From Phycisphaerales bacterium (GTDB lineage: Bacteria > Planctomycetota > Phycisphaerae > Phycisphaerales > UBA1924), in assembly GCA_965228265.1 (NCBI GenBank), contig OZ245804.1:207298-271297 (forward strand): a stretch of 64,000 bases of DNA, in the 5' to 3' direction. The notes under the pieces are model-generated. The model did no database searches and was not told the DNA's origin. It saw only the letters and a list, made by a program, of their open reading frames with translations. Positions 9,061 to 19,002 of this stretch are shown piece by piece. Position 1 is the first letter of the stretch, and each line of letters begins with the position of its first letter. Both the position numbers and the translations under genes were made by a program.

Positions 9061-10068
9061 TTCTTTGCGAATCCGAACGACCTTGCCGCGGTGTCCCTCC
9101 GCCCCGCACGCTGAGCAGTTCGTCGGCATCGAGGCGTTGGTCCCGCAGCTCTGGCACTTCCAGTAGTAGCCGTACTTACCCCAATGGGCGGATAGATCGG
9201 TGCCGCCGCAGCCTTTGCATGCCGCACCAGCCGCAGGGACCGCGGCCGGCTCTGACTTCGGTGCGGGCGGTGGAATTTCAACCGCGACGGTTGCTGCGGT
9301 TTGCGTGTCAAGCTTTGGTCGGACATTGGCCTCATGGCGTGCCGCGAGGAACTCCGCAACAAGCGTGACTTCCTCGGATTTCATGGACCACAATCCATAA
9401 TCGCCGGTTGACATATTCGTCAGCTTGCTTGCCGCCTTGTGCTTTCTGAATTCCTCTCTGATCTTGGTTGGGACGAGATCGGCCTTGCTGACATATGTGT
9501 GGAACGGCTTTTGGGGTTCTTTCCAATGGTTGATCCGGCGGATCTTTCCCCGATCCGAGATCGCCACGATGATCTGGATGGGCATGTTGCCAAAGCCACG
9601 GTGCTCTGTGCCGGCCATGATTTTGGCGAGTGTTCGGAAGCCGGGCGGCATTTTGCCGAGCAACTCTTCTCGGTGCCGCTGGAGAAACACGCGCAGGAAC
9701 TCCCCCTGGCGGCGTGCCTGTTGGATCGGCGACGGAAAACCCAGCTCCTGACCACGGTACCGACGCGTCCACTCATCACCGCCTGCTCCGTCGTCGCGTA
9801 CGGCCACTTCGTCCGTGACGGACTTACTCTCCACGATGAATGCACCCCACCGGTGAAGGATGAGGTGATCGATCTGACAGACACCTGGCCGGTCGTCGAG
9901 CTCGGGCTGATCCGGATCGACGAGACGCAGGTCGTTGAGGACGAGCAAGCCTGCCTCGGAAGCGAAATCTCGGTGCAGATAGAAGGCCATCTGCCGCTCA
10001 GCCTCGACGCCCGCGCGAAGCTTCGGATCTGACGACACTGACTGCGATTGGGTTTGCTTGACGATCAT
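8992..10068 (-). CDS. NERD (nuclease-related domain) protein with C-terminal Cys-rich zinc-ribbon region
   Basis: NERD core reads GVEAERQMAFYLHRDF...LVLNDLRLVD...QIDHLILHRWGAFIVESK. C-terminus has multiple CxxC pairs (CKGCGG...CQSCG...CSACG...CEQCG). Start taken at MIVKQ (10068), conserved in the paralogous fragment at 42608. Confidence 0.7.
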   Translation of the reverse strand: MIVKQTQSQSVSSDPKLRAGVEAERQMAFYLHRDFASEAGLLVLNDLRLVDPDQPELDDRPGVCQIDHLILHRWGAFIVESKSVTDEVAVRDDGAGGDEWTRRYRGQELGFPSPIQQARRQGEFLRVFLQRHREELLGKMPPGFRTLAKIMAGTEHRGFGNMPIQIIVAISDRGKIRRINHWKEPQKPFHTYVSKADLVPTKIREEFRKHKAASKLTNMSTGDYGLWSMKSEEVTLVAEFLAARHEANVRPKLDTQTAATVAVEIPPPAPKSEPAAVPAAGAACKGCGGTDLSAHWGKYGYYWKCQSCGTNASMPTNCSACGAEGHRGKVVRIRKEGPKYLRACEQCGIEERIWTEST

Positions 10069-10116
10069 CACATCTTCCCGGTTGTGAGTCACTACAAGTC
10101 CGTGTTCGTATACATT

Positions 10117-13100
10117 ATGACGATGACCGGCTCTGAGAAAAGACAACCGGAGGTGCCGCAAGGTCTCTATGACCATCTCGTCGACACCGCTCTCAAGGCG
10201 ACACTTGACGGCATGGGTGACTCTCGACTTGCGGAACTCGCCGAGGTCGATGCGGAGGACGCCCACGCCGCGATCGCCCAGTACCTCGAACGGCTTCTAG
10301 CGAAATCCATGTCCACCCTCCGCGGGCGAGAGGCCGCCGATCGCCAGCGTCGGCTTGTCGATCGGGTGATCGAGGCCCTCGTTGCCGAACTCGGCGACGA
10401 CTGGGCCGACCGCTTCAACCTCACCAGCCCGCTGCGTCGCCTGCTCGCCGTCCACGCCGAGCCCCGGGACACGGGCGCGTCGCGCCCCGACACGCCGCTC
10501 GCACGCTCGGCCCTGCTCACCGGCACCCGGCTGGACCCATCCCTCGCCTCGCAGCTCTCCAAGGAGTTTGCGGCGGCCGACCGAGTCGACATCCTCTGCT
10601 CGTTCATCAAATGGAGCGGCATCCGCCTGCTGATGGACGCGCTTCGCGAGCTCACCGCCACGCCCCACCCGGACGGCCCTCGACTCCGCGTCATCTCCAC
10701 GAGCTACATGGGCGCGACCGACTCCAAAGCAATCGAGGCCCTGCGTGATCTGCCCAACACTGAGGTCAAGGTGTCCTACGACACCGAGCGCACGCGGCTC
10801 CACGCCAAGGCCTATCTCGTCCATCGCGCGACCGGTTTCGGCAGCGCCTACATCGGCTCGGCCAACGTCTCCCGGGCCGCACTCTCTGAAGGTCTTGAAT
10901 GGACGAGCAAGATCAGCCAGTACGAGCTCCCGCACCTCTGGCAGAAGATCGTTGCGACCTTTGACTCGTATTGGAACGATGACGAGTTCGAGCATTTTGA
11001 TGGTGACGCGGCGCCGAGACTTCGCGAGGCGATCAGCCGCGAGCGAACGCGCGGCTCCGTCGAGATCGGCGAGCTACCGACCTTCGACCTTCGTCCCTAT
11101 GCGTTCCAACAGGAGATCCTCGACGCGATGGCGGCCGAGCGAGAGGTGCAAGACAAGCACCGTCACCTCGTCGTGGCTGCGACCGGCACCGGCAAAACGA
11201 TGATCGCGGCATTCGATTACAAGCGATGGTCAGGTACTCGCAAGCCGTCGTTGCTCTTCATCGCCCACCGGGAGGAGATCCTTCGCCAAGCACTCGGCAC
11301 CTACCGGGCCGTGCTCCGCGATCAGAACTTTGGCGATGTACTCGTTGGCGGCACGGCCCCCGGGCAACAAGACCACCTGTTCTGCTCGATCCAGAGCTAC
11401 AACAGCCGGGGGCTGCACAAGCTCCCATCGGATCTGTTCGACTACATCGTGGTTGATGAGTTTCATCACGCCGCGGCGCCGAGCTATCGGCGTCTGCTCG
11501 ATACCGCCCAGCCGAAGATACTTTTGGGCCTGACCGCGACGCCTGAACGAGCCGACGGTCTCGACGTACTCACACCGTTTGGCGGTGAACCGACCGCCGA
11601 GGTGCGATTGCCCGATGCGATCAGCCGGCGCCTGCTCTGTCCGTTCCAGTACTTCGGCGTTGCCGACAGCGTCGACCTCGACGGCCTGACGTGGCAGCGC
11701 GGCGGCTACCGCATCGAAGACCTCGACGCAGTCTACACCGGTAACGACGTTCGCGCCGGCCTCGTGCTCGACAAGGTGCACGAAAACCTGCTCGACCCGC
11801 TCCACGCCCGCGGCCTGGGCTTCTGCGTCAGCGTCGCCCACGCGAACTTCATGGCCCGCTTCTTCACTGAGCACGGCATCCCCGCGATCGCGCTCTCCGC
11901 CGAGACGCCCGCCGAAGAACGTCGCGCGGCCAAGGAACGTCTCATCCGCCGCGAGATCAACTTCATTTTCGTCGTCGATCTCTACAACGAAGGCGTCGAC
12001 ATTCCCGAGGTCGACACGGTCTTGTTCCTCCGCCCGACGGAGAGCCTGACCGTCTATCTCCAGCAGCTCGGACGTGGCCTCCGCCTGCATGACGAGAAGG
12101 AGTGCCTGACTGTCCTCGACTTCATCGGGGCTCAGCACCGGCAGTTCCGTTTTGCGTCTCGGTTCCGAGCACTGAGCACCGACCCCACTGGCCGCCTCGA
12201 ACGCGAGATCGAGTCCGGCTTCCCGCACCTCCCTGCCGGCTGCTTCATCCGGTTGGAGCGAGTTGCTCAACAACGCGTGCTGGAGAACGTGCGCCAATCA
12301 CTGACGCTGCGGCGCCCGCAGATGGTCGGTGACATACGCGAGCTCGGCCGTCACCTCGGCCGCGCTCCGAGCATCCGTGAGACGCTCGAGTACCTCGACA
12401 CCACGCTCGATGAGCTTCTCAAGCGAGGCCTCTGGAGCCGGCTTCTGAGCGATGCGGGCCTCACCGACGCACCCACCGGCGAAGACGAAGACCGGCTCGC
12501 GAAAGGCATTCGCCGTCTGGTCCACATCGACGACCCGCAACAACTCCGCTTTCTCCTCGCACACCTCGACGGCCAAGCGCCGCAAGACCCCCTCGCCGAA
12601 CGACGCCGAGCCATTTTGCATGTGACCCTGTGGGGTGCCGACGGCGTCTCCATGTCACCCGATGAAGCCGATGCCCGCCTTCGGGAGAATCCGAATGCGC
12701 TCGATGATCTCCGGGCCGTGCTCGATTACCGACTCCACCACACCCGCACCCGCCCGAGGGACCTGCTCCCCGACCTCGCCGGCCCGCTCGCCCTCCATGC
12801 CGAGTACACCCGAGACGAGGCCCTCATCGGCCTCGGCCACTGGGACTTGGATCGTCGCCCGGATTTTCGCGAGGGCGTCCTCCACATCCCGGACCGTAAG
12901 ATCGACGCCTTCTTTGTGACGCTGCACAAGACAGAGGAGGCGTACTCGCCGACGACGATGTACGAGGACTACGCGATCAGCGACCAGCTCTTCCATTGGC
13001 AGTCGCAGAGCACCACCTCGGCCGACTCGAAGACCGGGCAGAGGTACATCCACCACCGGGCGCAAGGCTACACCCCGCTGCTGTTCGTCCGCGAGCGCAA

Positions 13101-13245
13101 ATCACTCCCCGGCGGCCTCGCCGCCCCATACGCCTTCCTCGGCCCAGCTGACTACGTGTCCCACGAGGGCAGCCGCCCGGTGAGCATCATCTGGCGCCTG
13201 CGGACGCGGATGCCGACGCGGATTGCCCGGGTTGCGGTGGGATAG
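10117..13245 (+). CDS. PLD-family nuclease / SF2 (DEAH) helicase / DUF3427-like C-terminal domain fusion protein
   Basis: HKD motif RLHAKAYLVHRATGFGSAYIGSANVS. Helicase motif I VVAATGTGKT. Motif II IVVDEFHH. Motif III LGLTATPER. Motif VI LQQLGRGLR. About 300-aa conserved C-terminal domain. Confidence 0.8.
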   Translation: MTMTGSEKRQPEVPQGLYDHLVDTALKATLDGMGDSRLAELAEVDAEDAHAAIAQYLERLLAKSMSTLRGREAADRQRRLVDRVIEALVAELGDDWADRFNLTSPLRRLLAVHAEPRDTGASRPDTPLARSALLTGTRLDPSLASQLSKEFAAADRVDILCSFIKWSGIRLLMDALRELTATPHPDGPRLRVISTSYMGATDSKAIEALRDLPNTEVKVSYDTERTRLHAKAYLVHRATGFGSAYIGSANVSRAALSEGLEWTSKISQYELPHLWQKIVATFDSYWNDDEFEHFDGDAAPRLREAISRERTRGSVEIGELPTFDLRPYAFQQEILDAMAAEREVQDKHRHLVVAATGTGKTMIAAFDYKRWSGTRKPSLLFIAHREEILRQALGTYRAVLRDQNFGDVLVGGTAPGQQDHLFCSIQSYNSRGLHKLPSDLFDYIVVDEFHHAAAPSYRRLLDTAQPKILLGLTATPERADGLDVLTPFGGEPTAEVRLPDAISRRLLCPFQYFGVADSVDLDGLTWQRGGYRIEDLDAVYTGNDVRAGLVLDKVHENLLDPLHARGLGFCVSVAHANFMARFFTEHGIPAIALSAETPAEERRAAKERLIRREINFIFVVDLYNEGVDIPEVDTVLFLRPTESLTVYLQQLGRGLRLHDEKECLTVLDFIGAQHRQFRFASRFRALSTDPTGRLEREIESGFPHLPAGCFIRLERVAQQRVLENVRQSLTLRRPQMVGDIRELGRHLGRAPSIRETLEYLDTTLDELLKRGLWSRLLSDAGLTDAPTGEDEDRLAKGIRRLVHIDDPQQLRFLLAHLDGQAPQDPLAERRRAILHVTLWGADGVSMSPDEADARLRENPNALDDLRAVLDYRLHHTRTRPRDLLPDLAGPLALHAEYTRDEALIGLGHWDLDRRPDFREGVLHIPDRKIDAFFVTLHKTEEAYSPTTMYEDYAISDQLFHWQSQSTTSADSKTGQRYIHHRAQGYTPLLFVRERKSLPGGLAAPYAFLGPADYVSHEGSRPVSIIWRLRTRMPTRIARVAVG

Positions 13246-13350
13246 CGGGCGAGTGGATCCAAGCCATCTGAATCTCTGACATCGTGTCCACACTGAACGG
13301 TAATCTGGTGAACCCAACCGGTCGTATCATTTGCTAGAGAAAGGTACCGC

Positions 13351-15117
13351 ATGGCGAATCTAACTGGCTGTCCTGAAATTCGCTACGAAGCTCTTCGTCG
13401 CGTTAGGGAGACCGCTCTGGTCGATTTTGGTAGTCTCTTCACACCGGATCGGAAGATTTGGACAGCCCGCAATCTCCAACGGCACCACGAGATGGTCGTT
13501 CAGCGATTCGACGAAGGCGAGGGGAACTTCCTCAGCAAGTACCAGCACCAACTTGGCGGCGCGGACGACGACACGATCCAGCTTGCTGCCGAGCTCGTAT
13601 ACGTCCAGCAGATTTTCACCACGGTCACCGGTCCCAAGAAGAAGATAGCGAATGTTCAAGAGATCTTGACATGGTGCGATCGAGCCGTCGACGTCCCGGA
13701 GTGGGCGATCGACGGCGCTGCCGGACATGCTGGAGACCAGAGCTTCAACCAGCACCGACCGTGGCACCTGGCATGGATCAACGAGTATCTTCTCCACTGG
13801 CATGAGCTGCCCGAGTCGCTTAGGACGGAGATCCTTGCCGATCCGTGGACATTTCGAGAGAACGTGTTCGGACACAAGACCTCCTTGAAAGCATTCCAAC
13901 CGATGCGGGAGGCATGGCTCTACATCGCGTTTCCCGACACATTTGAGAACATCTCGTCCCGCAAGGACAAGAAGGCGATCAGAAGCGGCTTCGAGAGTCT
14001 CTTGCCCAACGGCGCGACCGACAACATCGATCGCGATCTCCTAGCTATTCGCGAAGCGCTCGGCAAGGACGCAGAGCCGGGCTTCCACTTCTATCGGAAG
14101 CCATACCTACAGCAGTGGAAGGAGCCCAAGGAGCCGAAGCCGAAGAAGCAGGCTGGTGCAGGCGCGGGGAATACCGTGACACCGAGCCCCGGTCTGTCCA
14201 TGAGCAATGCACCAGCACTGATCGAGTCGCTTGATGATCTCGCAGTATCACTGATGCTGGAACCCACCGACACTCTGTCGCGATGGGCGGCGCTGCTCGT
14301 AGAGAAGGGCCAGGTCATACTCCAAGGACCGCCCGGCACCGGGAAGACCTTCCTCGCTCGCAAGATGGCGGAGTCGCTCGCGGGTTCCGCGGATCGCGTG
14401 ACGGTCGTCCAGTTCCATCCCTCGTATGCATACGAGGACTTCGTTGAGGGCTTCCGCCCTGCCGGTCCCAATCACTTCGAAGTTAAGGACGGTCCGCTCA
14501 AGCGGCTGGCGACCCGAGCGGCGGCCGATCCCGGCGCACGCTTTGTACTGATTATTGACGAGATCAACCGAGGCAACATCGCAAAGGTGTTCGGCGAGCT
14601 GCTCTACCTACTCGAGTACCGCGATGAGGCCATCACCCTGCAGTATTCCGAGGCCCCATTCCGTCTGCCGCGGAATCTCTTGATCATCGGGACGATGAAC
14701 ACCGCCGATAGATCGATCGCTTTGCTCGACATGGCACTGCGGCGGCGGTTCCGGTTCCTCGACCTTGTCCCCGGCGAGGCGCCGATCGATGGGTTGCTTG
14801 AGAGGTTCTTGGAATCGAACGCTCCGGACATGGTATATCTCGCCGGCATGATCGATGTCGTCAACGAGATTGTGGGCGACCGGCACGTGATGGTTGGACC
14901 GAGCCATTTTATCACCGATGACCCGCGAGCCCTTACCGAGGAGTGGGCGAAGCAGATCTGGGAGCATTCGGTCATTCCCGCTTTGGCGGACCGCTTCTTC
15001 AACAACCCCAGCGAGATGAGTCAGTTCCTCTACGACACCGTTAGAGACCAGGTCACCTCCGACAATATTGTGGCCGACCAATCGGAGGACGAGGATGCGT
15101 CGGCTGACGCTGACTGA
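13351..15117 (+). CDS. mcrB: McrB-like AAA+ GTPase (5-methylcytosine restriction system B) with non-canonical N-terminal domain
   Basis: Walker A ILQGPPGTGKTF. McrB-specific region FVLIIDEINRGNIAKVFGELLYLLEYR...LLIIGTMNTADRSIALLDMALRRRFRF. Confidence 0.85.
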   Translation: MANLTGCPEIRYEALRRVRETALVDFGSLFTPDRKIWTARNLQRHHEMVVQRFDEGEGNFLSKYQHQLGGADDDTIQLAAELVYVQQIFTTVTGPKKKIANVQEILTWCDRAVDVPEWAIDGAAGHAGDQSFNQHRPWHLAWINEYLLHWHELPESLRTEILADPWTFRENVFGHKTSLKAFQPMREAWLYIAFPDTFENISSRKDKKAIRSGFESLLPNGATDNIDRDLLAIREALGKDAEPGFHFYRKPYLQQWKEPKEPKPKKQAGAGAGNTVTPSPGLSMSNAPALIESLDDLAVSLMLEPTDTLSRWAALLVEKGQVILQGPPGTGKTFLARKMAESLAGSADRVTVVQFHPSYAYEDFVEGFRPAGPNHFEVKDGPLKRLATRAAADPGARFVLIIDEINRGNIAKVFGELLYLLEYRDEAITLQYSEAPFRLPRNLLIIGTMNTADRSIALLDMALRRRFRFLDLVPGEAPIDGLLERFLESNAPDMVYLAGMIDVVNEIVGDRHVMVGPSHFITDDPRALTEEWAKQIWEHSVIPALADRFFNNPSEMSQFLYDTVRDQVTSDNIVADQSEDEDASADAD

Positions 15118-16318
15118 GTACAGCACGACGAGCGGAGTCGCTCTCGATGCTGCCGAGCTCGCGATGCTCCGCGGTGTTCATCCAACACTGCGGATCGAGC
15201 CCGCGATAGGCCTGCCGGGTCGATTCGACTTGACCCCCAATCAGCACATCGGTCTAGTTCAACTGCCCACTATCGCCATCGAGATTCAACCCAAGATGCC
15301 GATTTCGTCCGTTGTCTTCCTCGTCTCTTACGCAGCTGACCGCATGAGCTGGTCACGTATGCAGACGGCGTGGCAGGATGACGCGACGCTTGTCGATCTG
15401 ATCGCGACCGTGCTGTGTCGATCCATCGAACGCTCGACCCGAGAAGGACTTCTCGCGGGATATCGCTCCCACGAGGAGTCGTTGTCGGCGCCACGGGGCC
15501 GGATTCGGTTCCCCGAGCACATCAGCAAGCGACTCGGACAAGCTCCGCCAATCGAGATCGAGCATGACCTGTTCACGACGGACATCATCGAAAATCGAGT
15601 CTTGCTCAGCGCCCTCTCACAGCTGCGCCGCCTCCCGTTGCGATCGATGACGATCAACCACGAGATCGGACGCGCTGCGCGGCTCTTTGGCGGCGTGGAA
15701 CTCGTTCACTATCCGAAACACAGCATTCCAGATCCAGTCATCACGCAGCTCAATCGGCACTATGAACCGGCGCTTCGAATCGCTCAGCTCGTGCTCCGGT
15801 CGTCTTCCGTCGACGTCGGGTCGGGAGCCCGGCGAGCGGACGCGTTTCTCGTCGACATGAATGCCGTCTTCGAACTGTTTCTCCGCACGGCGTTACGAGA
15901 GTCGCTCCGGTGTCCCCTGAGCGCATTCCCTGATCGGCCGCCACGACTTCGCTTGGATGCCGCGGAGTGCATCCCGCTCAAGCCGGACCTTTGCTTGATC
16001 GCGAGCGGGAGAATCGTCTGGGTTGGTGATGCAAAGTACAAGCGCCTCAGCCCGGCCGGCTATCAGAACGCCGACGTGTACCAGATGCTCGCGTATCTGA
16101 CAGCCACCGGGTTGCCATCGGGTATGTTGATCTACGCTGCCGACGCAGGTTTGGCTTCGACGACGCACGTTATCGAGGGCGCGACTCGAGAGGTACGGAT
16201 ACGCACCCTCGATCTAAGAAAGCCGCCGTCTGGCATCCTGCGGGAGGTCGCGCTGATCGCAGACGAGATCCAGTCGGGGCAGAACTCGCCCGAAGTAAGC
16301 GAGCACTCTGTTGACTAG
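15095..16318 (+). CDS. mcrC: McrC-like PD-(D/E)xK nuclease subunit
   Basis: Overlaps the mcrB 3' end. C-terminal nuclease motif DLCLIASGRIVWVGDAKYKRL. Confidence 0.75.
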   Translation: MRRLTLTEYSTTSGVALDAAELAMLRGVHPTLRIEPAIGLPGRFDLTPNQHIGLVQLPTIAIEIQPKMPISSVVFLVSYAADRMSWSRMQTAWQDDATLVDLIATVLCRSIERSTREGLLAGYRSHEESLSAPRGRIRFPEHISKRLGQAPPIEIEHDLFTTDIIENRVLLSALSQLRRLPLRSMTINHEIGRAARLFGGVELVHYPKHSIPDPVITQLNRHYEPALRIAQLVLRSSSVDVGSGARRADAFLVDMNAVFELFLRTALRESLRCPLSAFPDRPPRLRLDAAECIPLKPDLCLIASGRIVWVGDAKYKRLSPAGYQNADVYQMLAYLTATGLPSGMLIYAADAGLASTTHVIEGATREVRIRTLDLRKPPSGILREVALIADEIQSGQNSPEVSEHSVD

Positions 16319-16783
16319 GCCGGGTCGGCATTCCGGCGTACCGGAGAGTGAGTTTGCATGTCTGTTCAGGCGGATCCCGAGACAGAGCACGGGCGTCAGT
16401 GTCAGCAGATGTGTAGTTGTTGCCTAGCGGAGAGGGGGGGACTGTTTCGGCCGGGCACGACCCACGAGTTGCAAATGCGACCGATGCTGATAAATGCTTG
16501 TCTGACAATTGATTGCGTCGATTGATCCCAAATTATCCGATGCGATTCGAATCGCTTTGGATTGGCGGATCAAGGCCAGTTCTAGGCCACTACAAACTCT
16601 ACAGATCCGGCTCTTCGCGACGCCAGCACCCCGATCTAGCCCCCGAATGAGAGCTAGATCGTACGTCATACTACACCGTACTAAACCCATACCTCGTGGG
16701 AAAAAAGCCGCTGAGCTGGGCCCCATTCAGCCGAATCATTCGACCAATTCAGAAAATTGTAGTCAGGCTACAGGACGGTGTTC

Positions 16784-16811
16784 TTGACAATGACTCACGA
16801 AATTATATACT
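16784..16811 (+). promoter_or_regulatory. Candidate sigma70-like promoter (TTGACA-N16-TATACT) upstream of hsd operon
   Basis: TTGACA at 16784-16789 and TATACT at 16806-16811, in an AT-rich 520-bp intergenic region about 25 nt upstream of the 16837 start codon. Confidence 0.3.
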
Positions 16812-16836
16812 TGTAGCGTAGCTACTGTTTTAGAAC

Positions 16837-17484
16837 ATGGCGACTAATCCGAACACAGTTGCTGACGGCAAGGCATTCATGACCACACGAACAGCTCAAC
16901 TCGACCAGATCGCCGAGGTCTTCAGCGGTCACTATGAGAAGGGTGCCGCCAAGGACGAGCCGTCCGGCACACACCGCCTCGTGTTCATCGGGTCCATCGA
17001 TCCGGAGCCCGGCCATCGCTTGCTCCGCGACCGTTGCCCGAGATTCACACCGGTCAAGGGCCCCGGCGATGCCGTGCTCCGGCGCGGCGACCTCATTATC
17101 CCCGCCCGGGGCGAGCGGCTCGACATCGCGATGATCGATGAGCTGCCGGACAGCCGGCCTCTCGTGGCCGCGTCGTTCCTTCATGTCATCCGCGTGAACA
17201 CCGACGACGCCAATCCCGGATATCTCGCCTGGTGGCTCAACCAGCCGCAGGCCCAGGCTGCCCTCCGTGACCGCGTCCGCGGCACAAAGATCCCGTTCCT
17301 TTCTTTGAAGGCAACGCGTGCGTTGGAGGTCCACCTTCCGCCGCTCGACATCCAGCGTCGCATCTCTGAGTTCCACACCCTCGCCGTCCGTGAATCCCAG
17401 ATCATGACCGACCTGCGTGATACGAGATCACAACTGAACAACGCCCTCGCACTCCAGGTCGCCACAGGAGCCGTCCACGCATGA
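16837..17484 (+). CDS. hsdS: Type I restriction-modification specificity subunit, half-size (single target-recognition domain)
   Basis: N-terminal LDQIAEVFSGHYEKG and the HsdS conserved coiled region HLPPLDIQRRISEFHTLAVRESQI. Stop overlaps the hsdM start (ATGA). Confidence 0.6.
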   Translation: MATNPNTVADGKAFMTTRTAQLDQIAEVFSGHYEKGAAKDEPSGTHRLVFIGSIDPEPGHRLLRDRCPRFTPVKGPGDAVLRRGDLIIPARGERLDIAMIDELPDSRPLVAASFLHVIRVNTDDANPGYLAWWLNQPQAQAALRDRVRGTKIPFLSLKATRALEVHLPPLDIQRRISEFHTLAVRESQIMTDLRDTRSQLNNALALQVATGAVHA

Positions 17485-18992
17485 GCCAGACCAAGCACAC
17501 CACCAAGCAGATCGCCGACGCCGTCTGGGCCGCGTGCGACACTTTCCGCGGGGCCGTCGACCCGGCCAACTACAAGAACTACGCCCTCACGATGCTCTTC
17601 CTGAAGTACCTGTCCGACATGATGGTCGATCGGCGGGAGGAGCTCAGCAAGAAGTACAAGGGCGACGAGACCCGCGTCGAGCGTGCCCTCCGCAACGAGC
17701 GGTTCGTCCTCCCCGAGGGCTCCGACTTCCGCGACCTCTACATCAAGCGTGACGCCGACAACATCGGCGAGCTGATCAACATCGCCCTCGTCAACCTTGA
17801 GGACAACAACAAATCCAAGCTGGAGAATGTCTTCAGCAACATCGACTTCAACAGCGAGGCTGAGCTCGGCGAGACGCGCGACCGCAACGCCCGCCTAAAG
17901 AACTTGCTCGAAGACTTCAACAAGATCGACTGCCGCCCGTCGCACCTCGCCGGTCGCGATACGATCGGCGACGCATACGAACGGCTCATCGGCTGGTTCG
18001 CCGCGGGTGCCGGCAAGAAGGCCGGCGAGTTCTACACCCCGCCCGAGGTCTCCGAGCTGCTCGCCAAGCTGCTCCGGCCCGAGGAAGGTGCCCGCATCCT
18101 CGACCCCGCCTGCGGCTCGGGCTCGCTGCTCATCAAGGTCGCCCGCGAGGTCGGCTCGGACAACTTCGCAGTGTTCGGCCAGGAGTCCAACGGCTCCACC
18201 TGGGCCCTCTGCAAGCAGAACATGTTCCTGCACCAGATGGACCAGGCCCGCATCGAGCGGTGCGATACGCTCCGCTCGCCCAAGCTGCTCGACAACGACG
18301 AACTCATGCGGTTCGACATCGTCACCGCCAATCCCCCGTTCAGCCTCGACAAGTGGGGACAGGAAGACGCCGAGAAGGACCGCTTCAACCGCTTCTGGCG
18401 GGGCGTGCCGCCCAAGAGCCGCGGCGACTACGCCTTCATCAGCCACATGATCGAGACCGCCCTGGAGGGGCACGGCCGCGTCGGCGTCATCGTGCCTCAC
18501 GGCGTGCTCTTCCGCTCGGGGGCCGAGGGCCGCATCCGCCGCAAGCTCATCGAAGACAACCTGCTCGAACTTGTCGTCGGCTTGCCGCCCAACCTCTTCT
18601 ACGGCACCGGAATCCCCGCCGCGATCCTCATCTTCGACAAGTCGCGGAAGGGCGACACCAAGCGGGACACGGTGCTCTTCATCGACGCCAGCCGCGAGTT
18701 CGAGCAGGGCACCAACCAGAACCGCCTGACTGAGGACAACATCAAGAAGATCCTCGCGACCTACAAGGCGTACGAGAGCGTCGAGAAATACGCCCACGCC
18801 GCGACGGCCGAGGAGCTCGCCGAGAACGACTTCAACCTGAACATCCCGCGGTACGTCGACACCTTCGAGGACGAGGAGGAGATCGATATCGAGGAGACGC
18901 AGGCCGAGATCGATCGGCTTGAAATCGAGCTCGCCGAGGTCCGCGGCAAGATGGCGGCAACGCTGAAGGAGCTCGGCGTTGCGACATCCTGA
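17481..18992 (+). CDS. hsdM: Type I R-M N6-adenine DNA methyltransferase subunit
   Basis: HsdM N-domain, SAM-binding ILDPACGSGSLL, catalytic IVTANPPFS. Confidence 0.9.
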   Translation: MSQTKHTTKQIADAVWAACDTFRGAVDPANYKNYALTMLFLKYLSDMMVDRREELSKKYKGDETRVERALRNERFVLPEGSDFRDLYIKRDADNIGELINIALVNLEDNNKSKLENVFSNIDFNSEAELGETRDRNARLKNLLEDFNKIDCRPSHLAGRDTIGDAYERLIGWFAAGAGKKAGEFYTPPEVSELLAKLLRPEEGARILDPACGSGSLLIKVAREVGSDNFAVFGQESNGSTWALCKQNMFLHQMDQARIERCDTLRSPKLLDNDELMRFDIVTANPPFSLDKWGQEDAEKDRFNRFWRGVPPKSRGDYAFISHMIETALEGHGRVGVIVPHGVLFRSGAEGRIRRKLIEDNLLELVVGLPPNLFYGTGIPAAILIFDKSRKGDTKRDTVLFIDASREFEQGTNQNRLTEDNIKKILATYKAYESVEKYAHAATAEELAENDFNLNIPRYVDTFEDEEEIDIEETQAEIDRLEIELAEVRGKMAATLKELGVATS

Positions 18993-19002
18993 ATGGCCCA
19001 TC

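Noticed and set aside
10167-10995. Minus-strand ORFs (177 and 232 aa) inside the helicase gene
   Set aside because: They are antisense artefacts of high-GC coding sequence. Similar nested ORFs occur throughout the track.
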